From Dehalococcoidia bacterium (GTDB lineage Bacteria > Chloroflexota > Dehalococcoidia > SHYM01): a stretch of 44,113 nucleotides of DNA. The DNA is taken from positions 1-44,113 of the forward strand of contig SHYM01000003.1 in NCBI GenBank assembly GCA_009692805.1, written 5' to 3'. The position numbers and the translations under genes were made by a program. Below the pieces are notes generated by a model. The model saw nothing but the letters and a program-made list of their open reading frames with translations, searched no databases and was not told where the DNA came from. This document shows positions 10,663 through 18,298 of the stretch, one piece after another (the first letter of the stretch is position 1; each line of letters opens with the position of its first letter).

Positions 10663-11430
10663 CTATTCCACCTCTCGGTCGATGCGCTGGATGGCGCTGG
10701 CCCGCCCGGTGGCGCTGTCCACCTCGACCAGCACGGAGGAGAATCGCACCGGCCCCGCGGCGACCTCCAGGCGGTTGGGGAGCAGGGTGAGGAATCGCTC
10801 TAACACCGACTCCTTGGTGTCGCCGATGACGGAGTCCCGAGGCCCCACCATGCCCACGTCGGTGACGAAGGCGGTGCCTCCAGGCAGGACACGGGCATCG
10901 GCCGTGGGGACGTGGGTATGGGTGCCCAGGACGGCGCTCACCCGGCCTGCCAGGTACCAGCCCATGGCCTGCTTCTCGGAGGTGGCCTCGGCGTGAAAGT
11001 CCACCACGATCACCGGGGGGCGGTCGCTGAGGCCATTCAAGAACTGGTCCATGGTCAGGAAGGGGTGCTCCAGGGGCTGCATGAAGACCCTACCCATGAG
11101 ATTGACGACCATGACGCCACCCAACCGCAGGGCGCCCCGGCCGGGAGTCCCCGGGGGAAAGTTCAGGGGCCGTAGCAGGGGCACCTCCTGGTCCAAATAT
11201 GGCACGATCTCTTTCTGGTCCCAGATATGGTTACCGCTGGTCAGGACATCCACCCCGGACTCCAACAGCTCCTGGGCGGTGGCGGGCGTGATGCCATAGC
11301 CGCCGGCGGAATTCTCGCCGTTGGCGATGACGAGGTCTAGGCCGAGCTCCTTTCGCAAGGCAGGCACCAGGGCCCGCACGGCGCGCCGCCCCGGCCTCCC
11401 CACCACGTCACCTACCATCAAGATGCGCAT
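10663..11430 (-). CDS. ymdB: YmdB-family metallophosphoesterase (TIGR00282)
   Basis: GDVVGRPG, ANGENSAGG, TSGNHIWD, DFHAEATSEK, GTHTHVPT, TDVGMVGP; follows rny. Confidence 0.95.
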   Translation of the reverse strand: MRILMVGDVVGRPGRRAVRALVPALRKELGLDLVIANGENSAGGYGITPATAQELLESGVDVLTSGNHIWDQKEIVPYLDQEVPLLRPLNFPPGTPGRGALRLGGVMVVNLMGRVFMQPLEHPFLTMDQFLNGLSDRPPVIVVDFHAEATSEKQAMGWYLAGRVSAVLGTHTHVPTADARVLPGGTAFVTDVGMVGPRDSVIGDTKESVLERFLTLLPNRLEVAAGPVRFSSVLVEVDSATGRASAIQRIDREVE

Positions 11431-11447
11431 CTACTCACTTAGGGACA

Positions 11448-11491
11448 GAGAGGGGCGAGGTAGCCCTAGTGCAGGGTTCCTCGCCCCTCTC
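11448..11491. repeat. Long stem-loop between rny and ymdB
   Basis: 13-bp arms GAGAGGGGCGAGG/CCTCGCCCCTCTC with further internal pairing; no clear U-tract. Confidence 0.6.
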
Positions 11492-11509
11492 CCTTCTGTA
11501 TGCTGGGTG

Positions 11510-11720
11510 GCTTTGCACAAAAAGCCGCATTTTCTCGTTCAGGCTCTCTCTATGAGTATGCCCGCAACCATCTCCCTGGCCCCCTTCCTAGCCAGGAAGG
11601 GGGTAGTTTGAATGGGATGGAAGGGGGACACCCCCTTCCATCCCCGGCAGAGTCCCGACACGTCGGGATCTGCACTCTCTCCCGCCGCAGGCGGGCCGGC
11701 AGGATGCCCTTGTGCAAAGC
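11510..11720 (-). mobile_element. MITE-like composite palindromic repeat, copy C
   Basis: Perfect 11-bp TIR GCTTTGCACAA/TTGTGCAAAGC; same internal hairpins as copies A, B, D. Confidence 0.88.
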
Positions 11721-11735
11721 TATGCTGGGGCTGTC

Positions 11736-13283
11736 TTACTTGGCGAAGTCCACGGCCCGGGTTTCACGGATTACCGTCACCTTGATCTGTCCCGGGTACT
11801 GCAAGCTCTCCTCGATCTTTTTGCCGATGTCCCGCGCTAGCCTAACGATGCCTAGGTCATCGATGCGCTCTGGCTTCACCATAATCCGCACCTCACGACC
11901 GGCCTGGATGGCGTAGGACTTCTCCACGCCTTCAAAGCTGTTGGCGACCCCTTCCACGGCCTCGAGCCGCTTGAGGTAGCTCTCCAGCGACTCCCGGCGG
12001 GCGCCGGGCCGGGCGCCCGTTATGGCGTCGGCCGCGGCCACGATCCAGGTTTCAGCGCTCTCCACCCGTTCCAGACCTTCCAGGTGCCCGTCTTCATGGT
12101 GGCCGATGACCGCCTGGGCCACGGCCTTGGGCAGGCCAAAGCGTAGCATCAGGTCGGCCCCAATGACGTGGTGGGCCCCCTCCACTTCGTGGGTCAAGGC
12201 CTTGCCGACATCGTGGAGCAGCGCCCCCAGCTTGCAGACCTTGACGTCGGCGCCGATCTCGGCGGCCATCAAGGCGGCCAACTGCGCCGCCTGGACGCTG
12301 TGCTGCAGAATGTTTTGCCCGTAGCTGGTGCGGTACTTGAGCCGCCCTATGAGCTTCACCAGCTCCGCCGGAAGCCCTTGCACACCCAGCTCGTAGACGG
12401 CCTGTTCCCCTGCCTGTTTGATGGTGTTTTCCACTTCCTTCTCGGCCCGCTTCACCTCTTCCTCGATGCGGGCGGGCTGGATGCGCCCGTCCTGGATCAG
12501 CCTGGTGAGGGCGATCCGGGCCACCTCCCTACGGACCGGGTCGAAGCAGGAGATCGAGATCGCCCCGGGGGTATCGTCGATAACGAGGTCCACACCGGTG
12601 GCGGCCTCCAGGGCGCGGATGTTGCGCCCCTCGCGGCCGATGAGGCGGCCCTTCATCTCGTCGTTGGGCAGGGGCACGGCGGAGGTCGTTGTCTCCGATG
12701 AGACGTCGCCGCCCAGGCGCTCGATGGCGGAGGTGATGATTTCGCGGGCCCGCTCGTCAGCCTCCTCCCGGGTCTGGGTTTCGATCCTACGTACTAGGCG
12801 ATTGGCTTCGTTACGGACCTCGGTCTCGATCAAGGCCAGCATCTGGACCTTGGCCTGCTCCACGGTGAGCCCCGAGACGGCTTCTAGCTTGCTCCGCTGC
12901 TGCGCTTTCACGGCCTCGACCTCGGCCAGACGGTCGTCTATGGCCTTCTCCCGGTTGACCAAGCCTTGCTCGCGTCGCTCGGTCTGCTCAATCTTCCGGT
13001 CTAGGTTCTCCTCTTTTTGAACGGCTCTCCGCTCCTGGCGTTGCAGTTCGGCCCGGCGGTCCCGTAGCTCCGCCGCCACCTCACGTTCCCTGGCGCTGAT
13101 CTCAGCCTCGGCTGTCTCCTTGAGCTTGATGGCCTCGTTCCTGGCATCAAGGACGATCTTCCCGGCGTCTTTCTGGGCGGCTTGGAGCTTGCGGGACTGG
13201 AACATCTCCCTTAGGAGGTACCCCAAGCCTCCTCCCACGGCCAGGGCCGCCAGGGCCACGGCGACCACGATTCCTGGATTCAT
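11736..13283 (-). CDS. rny: Ribonuclease Y
   Basis: N-terminal TM and coiled coil, KH motif MKGRLIGREGRNIR, RTSYGQN, LLHDVGK (HD), C-terminus VIRETRAVDFAK. Confidence 0.98.
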   Translation of the reverse strand: MNPGIVVAVALAALAVGGGLGYLLREMFQSRKLQAAQKDAGKIVLDARNEAIKLKETAEAEISAREREVAAELRDRRAELQRQERRAVQKEENLDRKIEQTERREQGLVNREKAIDDRLAEVEAVKAQQRSKLEAVSGLTVEQAKVQMLALIETEVRNEANRLVRRIETQTREEADERAREIITSAIERLGGDVSSETTTSAVPLPNDEMKGRLIGREGRNIRALEAATGVDLVIDDTPGAISISCFDPVRREVARIALTRLIQDGRIQPARIEEEVKRAEKEVENTIKQAGEQAVYELGVQGLPAELVKLIGRLKYRTSYGQNILQHSVQAAQLAALMAAEIGADVKVCKLGALLHDVGKALTHEVEGAHHVIGADLMLRFGLPKAVAQAVIGHHEDGHLEGLERVESAETWIVAAADAITGARPGARRESLESYLKRLEAVEGVANSFEGVEKSYAIQAGREVRIMVKPERIDDLGIVRLARDIGKKIEESLQYPGQIKVTVIRETRAVDFAK

Positions 13284-13307
13284 TTCTTTCCTCTCTTTTG
13301 CGAAGCG

Positions 13308-13335
13308 GGGAGATGGATGGCCCGCTCCATCTCCC
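13308..13335 (-). other. 10-bp stem-loop in predicted rny 5' UTR
   Basis: GGGAGATGGA/TCCATCTCCC arms lie between the predicted promoter and the RBS. Confidence 0.5.
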
Positions 13336-13358
13336 GATGGCGTTCTTATAACTTATTC

Positions 13359-13387
13359 ATGTTAGTGTTTTAGCCAGATAGTGTCAA
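13359..13387 (-). promoter_or_regulatory. Sigma70-type promoter of rny: TTGACA-17-TAACAT
   Basis: tgtcaa at 13382-13387, atgtta at 13359-13364, 17-nt spacer, AT-rich patch. Confidence 0.7.
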
Positions 13388-13390
13388 CGT

Positions 13391-13413
13391 GTGTAGGAAA
13401 TTGTTTCCTACAC
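13391..13413. promoter_or_regulatory. Perfect inverted repeat GTGTAGGAAA-ttg-TTTCCTACAC, candidate operator
   Basis: 10-bp arms, 3 nt from the -35 box of the rny promoter. Confidence 0.5.
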
Positions 13414-13495
13414 GACAGGCGTGTTGGGGGTCGTTAGGCGGGAGGGCGGACGGCCCTCCGGAGGGGCATGCTCACCTGGGGAGAGGGCGGCCAGG

Positions 13496-14539
13496 CTAGG
13501 GCTCCTGCTCGCCTTCTCCTTCTGGGGATGCCCCCTCCAGGCTGGCGGCGGCGGTGGCGGCCGCGGCGCGGACCCTGGCCTCGATCTCCTTGGCCAGAGG
13601 GGAATTATCCCTGAGGAAGGCCTTCACGTTCTCGCGACCTTGGCCCAGGCGCACCTCTCCAAAGGAGAAAAAGGCGCCGCTCTTCTTAATCGCCCCCGTC
13701 AGCACCCCAAGATCGACCAGGTCGCCTTCCTTGCTGATCCCACGATTGAACATGATGTCGAACTCGGCTAGGCGGAAGGGCGGCGCCACCTTGTTCTTGA
13801 CCACCCGCGCCTTGACCCGGCTGCCGATGACCTCCGTGCCCTGCTTGATTTGCTCCAGCCGGCGCATGTCGATGCGGACGGAGGCGTAAAACTTCAGGGC
13901 TCGCCCCCCGGGGGTAACCTCGGGGTTGCCGAATATGATGCCCACCTTCTCGCGCAGCTGATTGATGAAGACGACGGACGTTCGGGAACGGGCGATGGCG
14001 GAGGTGAGCTTGCGCAGGGCCTGGGACATCAGCCGGGCCTGGAGCCCCACGTGCGTGTCGCCCATCTCTCCCTCGATCTCCGCTCGGGGCACCAGGGCCG
14101 CCACGCTATCGATGACTACCACGTCCAGGGCAGCCGAGCGCACGAGGGCCTCGGTGATCTCCAGGGCTTGCTCGGCATTGTCCGGCTGCGAGATGTAGAG
14201 CTCGTTCACGTCCACGCCAATGCGGCGGGCGTAGGAGGGGTCCAGGGCGTGCTCGGCGTCGATGTAGGCCGCAATACCGCCGTTCTGCTGCGCGCTGGCC
14301 ATGATGTGCAGGGCCAGGGTGGACTTGCCCGAGGACTCGGCACCGAAGATCTCGGTGACCCTCCCCCGCGGGATGCCTCCCACTCCCAGCGCGAGGTCCA
14401 GGGAGAGCGAGCCCGTGGGTATGCTCTCCACCGTCAGCTTCGTCTGGGCCTCCCCGAGCTTCATGACGGTGCCGCGGCCAAACTGCCGCTCGATCTGGCT
14501 CAACGCCATCTCCAGGGCCTTCACCCTCTCGTTCTCCAT
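13496..14539 (-). CDS. recA: Recombinase A
   Basis: [58 protein letters not shown]; AGGAGG RBS. Confidence 0.99.
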   Translation of the reverse strand: MENERVKALEMALSQIERQFGRGTVMKLGEAQTKLTVESIPTGSLSLDLALGVGGIPRGRVTEIFGAESSGKSTLALHIMASAQQNGGIAAYIDAEHALDPSYARRIGVDVNELYISQPDNAEQALEITEALVRSAALDVVVIDSVAALVPRAEIEGEMGDTHVGLQARLMSQALRKLTSAIARSRTSVVFINQLREKVGIIFGNPEVTPGGRALKFYASVRIDMRRLEQIKQGTEVIGSRVKARVVKNKVAPPFRLAEFDIMFNRGISKEGDLVDLGVLTGAIKKSGAFFSFGEVRLGQGRENVKAFLRDNSPLAKEIEARVRAAAATAAASLEGASPEGEGEQEP

Positions 14540-14596
14540 GGCGCCTCCTGGTATCTCGTCTTATAGTCCATCCCATCTTGCGGCGAGGGGCACATT

Positions 14597-14848
14597 TTAT
14601 CGCCGGCTGCGGTCGCCTAAGAGCCCTAAGCGCCTGGCCAGGTAGGTCAGCAGGATAACGAAGCCCGCCAACAGCCCTACGAACGGCAGGAGGCTGGCGG
14701 AATGAAGCACCCCGGCCGTAAGAAAAAAGCTGGCGAAATAGGCGACGAGCCCGATGCCGGTGTACACCAGGTATTGCCTCCCCCGCCGCGGCCTCGCCTG
14801 ACCCTCCGGGGCCCTGGGCGCACGCCCTCCGCTATCCTCTTTGGCCAT
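14597..14848 (-). CDS. Small membrane protein, 83 aa, two TM segments
   Basis: Basic N-terminus then two hydrophobic helices; fills the gap between the SOS promoter and recA. Confidence 0.7.
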   Translation of the reverse strand: MAKEDSGGRAPRAPEGQARPRRGRQYLVYTGIGLVAYFASFFLTAGVLHSASLLPFVGLLAGFVILLTYLARRLGLLGDRSRR

Positions 14849-14919
14849 GGGCCCATCCTATCACGGCGCCCTCCTATTGCACGGCCAGGGTTTGCCTCAA
14901 CGTGCCGACGCCTGGAGTT

Positions 14920-14947
14920 ACTATAGAACAGCCGTCCTATTTGTCAA
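14920..14947 (-). promoter_or_regulatory. Promoter TTGACA-16-TATAGT overlapped by a LexA box AGAAC-agcc-GTCCT
   Basis: -35 at 14942-14947, -10 at 14920-14925. Box at 14925-14938 differs by one base from AGAAC-N4-GTTCT, and the flanks extend the symmetry (ATAG...CTAT). Confidence 0.75.
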
Positions 14948-14979
14948 GCCGCCACTTGTCGGGCTCGGGACGAGGGGTG

Positions 14980-15202
14980 GCCTTGCACGAAAAGTCGGTC
15001 AATGTAGCGGGAGTGCAGAGTCCCGACGTGTCTGGACTCTGCCGGGGGCCAAAGGGGGTGTCCCCCTTTCTCTGCTTTTATGTTACCCCCTTCCTGGCCA
15101 GAGCCTGCCCTGAGCCTGCCGAAGGGAAGGGGGCCGGGGGATGGTCGATGGCATCTTCAGGGAAGAGCCAGATCGAAGAAAACGAGACTTTTTATGCAAG
15201 GC
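14980..15202 (+). mobile_element. MITE-like composite palindromic repeat, copy D
   Basis: 17-bp TIR GCCTTGCACGAAAAGTC / GACTTTTTATGCAAGGC (15/17 match); colinear with copy A plus a 24-bp insertion at 15102-15125. Confidence 0.88.
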
Positions 15203-15277
15203 TGCGACGGGGCTAGATGGTGGACGTGGGCTCTCCACGAAGGGTCTCGGCGCCCCTGCGGCGGAAGCTCACGCTGC

Positions 15278-16123
15278 TCAGAGCGCCGCGAGTCTCCCCT
15301 TGACCGGCCGGCGAGGCTGGCATCCGGGACAGAAGTGGGCGCTGCGCTGGCCCACCACCGTGCGCTGGATGGCGGTGCGACAGCGCGGGCAGGGCTCGCC
15401 GTCCCGCTGGTAGACGCGCAGCGCCAGCTGGTTGGAGCCCGTGTTGCCATAGCCGTCGCGGTAGGTATCGAAGCTGGTGCCGCGGTTGCGTATGCCCTGT
15501 TCGAGCACCGTCACGATAGAGTCCCGCAGCCGGGCAACCTCGGCCCGCCGGAGGCCGTCGGCCCGCCGCAGGGGGTGGACACCGGCCAGGAAAAGGGCCT
15601 CGTCGGCGTAGATGTTCCCCACCCCGGCCACCACCTTCTGATCGCACAGGCAGGCCTTGATGGGCGCCCGGCGGCCCTTGAGGGCCTGGGCGAGCCGCTC
15701 CGCCGTGAAGGCAGCGTCCAGAGGCTCGGGGCCCAGGGCCGGGAGGGCCTGGGCGAGGTCGTCCACCAGCCAGAGGCGCCCGAACTTGCGGATGTCGGTG
15801 AAGCGCAGCTCGTGGCCGCCGTCCAGGGCGAAGACGGTCCGGGTGAAGCGGTCGGGCGGCTCGCTGGCGCGGCGCCAGAGGAGCGCCCCCGTCATCTTCA
15901 GGTGCAGCACCAGGAAGCGTCCGCTGGCGAGGGGCAGGGCGATGTACTTGCCCCGGCGTTCCATCCCGACGATCCGCTGACCGCGCAGGCCCAGGACAAA
16001 GCCCTCCACGTCGGGCGCCCCCACGGCCTTGGGCCAGGCTAGCCGGACGTCGGTGATGGTGCGGCCCTTCAGATGCGGGAGCAGGTCGTCGACGATGGTC
16101 TGGACTTCTGGCAGCTCGGGCAT
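15278..16123 (-). CDS. mutM: Formamidopyrimidine-DNA glycosylase
   Basis: MPELPEV, RRGKY, HLKMTG, GVGNIYADE, C-terminal CPRC...CPGCQ zinc finger. Confidence 0.98.
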   Translation of the reverse strand: MPELPEVQTIVDDLLPHLKGRTITDVRLAWPKAVGAPDVEGFVLGLRGQRIVGMERRGKYIALPLASGRFLVLHLKMTGALLWRRASEPPDRFTRTVFALDGGHELRFTDIRKFGRLWLVDDLAQALPALGPEPLDAAFTAERLAQALKGRRAPIKACLCDQKVVAGVGNIYADEALFLAGVHPLRRADGLRRAEVARLRDSIVTVLEQGIRNRGTSFDTYRDGYGNTGSNQLALRVYQRDGEPCPRCRTAIQRTVVGQRSAHFCPGCQPRRPVKGRLAAL

Positions 16124-16215
16124 GGCCCCATTATAGGCCAGCTATACCGAGCACCTCCTGGCGCAGCCGAGGACTTCAAGCTGGGTTTGGGGTGCCCTTG
16201 GAGAGAGTAGCGAGG

Positions 16216-17142
16216 CTATGATACAAATCTCTGAGCCTTGAAGTAGCCTAGTATCTCAAATTGCAACACCGACAGCGCAAGCGCCTCGGATTCGCGCAAC
16301 AGACTATGCGTTATTCGGTCACGTAGGGCGGCCTTAAATACATTGTGGCGTGCCCTATACAGGCGGTCGAAGCACTGGCACACCGGCTCTACTCTGTCCA
16401 GAAGATTCAAATGATGGGTGAAGTACGCGCGTGCTTTCGCCCTTGGAGAGTCATTCTTGCCACCGTCATCTTCCCTGGGTGGAATCAGCGAGGGGTTTAG
16501 GCCGGCCCACTCCTCAATCACAGCCAAAATTGCCAAAAACAGCTTGGTGAACCGCGCAGTGGCATCCGTCTCCCAGTAGGCAGACTGAAACCATTGCAAA
16601 CTCCTCTTGAGCCCATAGGATGTCTTACTAAGGTCTACAGACTTGATATCACGCTCAAATTTCTTTAGGTTGAACCCCTCTACTCCCACCCTGGAGCGTG
16701 CGACCAGTTCCAAATGCTTACCCTCAGAACCGGGCGCCATGAAGCTTTCGAAAACGCGCTCTAGGAGCGGAATCCCCTTGAGACACAGACATAGAGTCGA
16801 TTCTATCTCGCGCAATCTCTCTTTGCCAACTAGAGCCGCTTTCTGCATGCCACTTTCGCCCGTTTGGACAATAACCCTTATACACGGCCCCTCAGCAGAA
16901 CGTTCCACGCTTTTGCCGAACTCGTCTGGGCCCATGAAAGTGGCCCCATCAGGAGACAGTGTAACGCTAAAAGTCTTCGGCACTCTAACTGGCAAAGACA
17001 CCACATCTGGCAAGGTCAAGGCGCCCAAAGGAACTCGATAGATAGCTACATAGAGAAGTTGGCCTTCTGCCAGAAACTTAGAGGCGACATCCGGAGGGAC
17101 GGCTACAAACGGATTTTGCCGGTGGAATGCCAGGCCGTCCAA
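16216..17142 (-). CDS. Low-GC hypothetical protein, possible HEPN (ApeA/MauJ-like) C-terminal domain; start uncertain, possibly inactivated
   Basis: 308-codon ORF at about 50% GC. Helical motif SLQWFQSA..D...RFTKLFLAI and LYRARHNVFK. Upstream in-frame ATG at 17154 is separated by TAA. Confidence 0.6.
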   Translation of the reverse strand: MDGLAFHRQNPFVAVPPDVASKFLAEGQLLYVAIYRVPLGALTLPDVVSLPVRVPKTFSVTLSPDGATFMGPDEFGKSVERSAEGPCIRVIVQTGESGMQKAALVGKERLREIESTLCLCLKGIPLLERVFESFMAPGSEGKHLELVARSRVGVEGFNLKKFERDIKSVDLSKTSYGLKRSLQWFQSAYWETDATARFTKLFLAILAVIEEWAGLNPSLIPPREDDGGKNDSPRAKARAYFTHHLNLLDRVEPVCQCFDRLYRARHNVFKAALRDRITHSLLRESEALALSVLQFEILGYFKAQRFVS

Positions 17143-17283
17143 TTAGGTATCCATACTGCTCAGCCCCTCTTCAAGAGACCTTTAGCCGCACCTTGACCCG
17201 CTCCGTCAGGGCTGGCAGCGCCTCGCCCGTGGGCGCCTTGACGGCAGGCCTAGGACGCCGGTCCTCCATGGCGCCGCTCCGCC

Positions 17284-17835
17284 TCACAACAGGCGCGATA
17301 CGGCTATCACGGCCACGCCAGCCGTGACCATGAGCGCCCCCAGCACCAGCCGCAGGGTAACCCTCTCCAGGTCGCGCAGGAACAGGTAGCTGAACAGGAT
17401 GGCGAACAGGGGGTGGATCCCCACCAGGGGCGATACCACCACCACGGGGGCGATGCTCAAGGTGTAGTAGAACAGTCCCACCCCCAGGGCGGAGAAGCAG
17501 CCCGATAGCAGCAGGAAGAGGATACCCTTGCGCTTGCTGACCTGAAGCAGGGACGGACTCTCCCGCGCCATCATCAAGAACAGGACACCCGTGCCCACGG
17601 CCAGGGAGAAGAGCAGAGCGACCATGGAGGGGCCCTTGGCCGGCACCGTGTGCTTGACAACGATCTGGGCGCCGGCGTAGGAAAGGGCGGCGGCCAGGGC
17701 GAAGCCGTAGCCCAGGACGAGCTGGCGCGAGAGGCGCGGTGCCCTGTCGGGCGCCGGCTGCGAGGCCCCGGTGGACGCGGTGGCCACGCTGGGAGCCGCG
17801 GGCTCCGCGCGGCGCAGGGACCAGAGGCGTTTCAT
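17284..17835 (-). CDS. EamA/DMT family single-domain transporter
   Basis: About 5 TM segments, APVVVVSPL..HPLFAILFSYLFL..E.VT; ATG overlaps upstream stop (ATGA). Confidence 0.88.
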   Translation of the reverse strand: MKRLWSLRRAEPAAPSVATASTGASQPAPDRAPRLSRQLVLGYGFALAAALSYAGAQIVVKHTVPAKGPSMVALLFSLAVGTGVLFLMMARESPSLLQVSKRKGILFLLLSGCFSALGVGLFYYTLSIAPVVVVSPLVGIHPLFAILFSYLFLRDLERVTLRLVLGALMVTAGVAVIAVSRLL

Positions 17836-18251
17836 TTCGATGTCACCACCAGCAGGATGCCGCCCAGGATCAGGGCCGCGCCCACGACGATGGGCGCCGT
17901 GAGGCTCTCGCCCAGGAAGAGGACGGCCATGACAATGGCGAAGAACGGCCCCACTGCCAGCACCGGCGAGGAGCGGGCCACGCCGATCTGCTGCACCGAG
18001 CTGAAGTTCAAAAAGCGTCCCAGGGGAAAGTTCAGCACGCCGATGAGGGCGAACCAGGCCACGGCGTTCAGCGATACCGCCAGGAGGGCATCGCGGAAGG
18101 CCAGGGCGGTGATCAGCGCGATGATCGCCAGCGTGGCCGCCATGGAGACGAATGTCCCCACCACCGGGCTGAAGTGCTGCAGCCCCAGCCGGGTGAAGAT
18201 CGCGGCGACGCCCCACGATGCAGCGGCCAGGATGCTCAACAGGAAACCCAA
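17832..18251 (-). CDS. EamA/DMT family single-domain transporter
   Basis: TTG at 18251 with GGGAGG RBS; LAAASWG, IGVARSSP, PFFAIVMAVLFLGESLT. Confidence 0.85.
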   Translation of the reverse strand: MGFLLSILAAASWGVAAIFTRLGLQHFSPVVGTFVSMAATLAIIALITALAFRDALLAVSLNAVAWFALIGVLNFPLGRFLNFSSVQQIGVARSSPVLAVGPFFAIVMAVLFLGESLTAPIVVGAALILGGILLVVTSK

Positions 18252-18259
18252 GCCAGCCT

Positions 18260-18293
18260 CCCTCACCCTAGCCCTCTCCCAGAGGGAGAGGGA
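18260..18293. repeat. CCCTCACCCTAGCCCTCTCCC-AGA-GGGAGAGGG REP-like palindrome
   Basis: 9-bp stem CCCTCTCCC/GGGAGAGGG with a CCCTCACCCT leader, directly after the polA stop. Confidence 0.7.
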
Positions 18294-18298
18294 ACTCG

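Noticed and set aside
3099-15202. Repeats as a CRISPR array or tRNA-like genes
   Set aside because: Copies are dispersed and in both orientations, with no repeat-spacer periodicity, cas genes or cloverleaf motifs.
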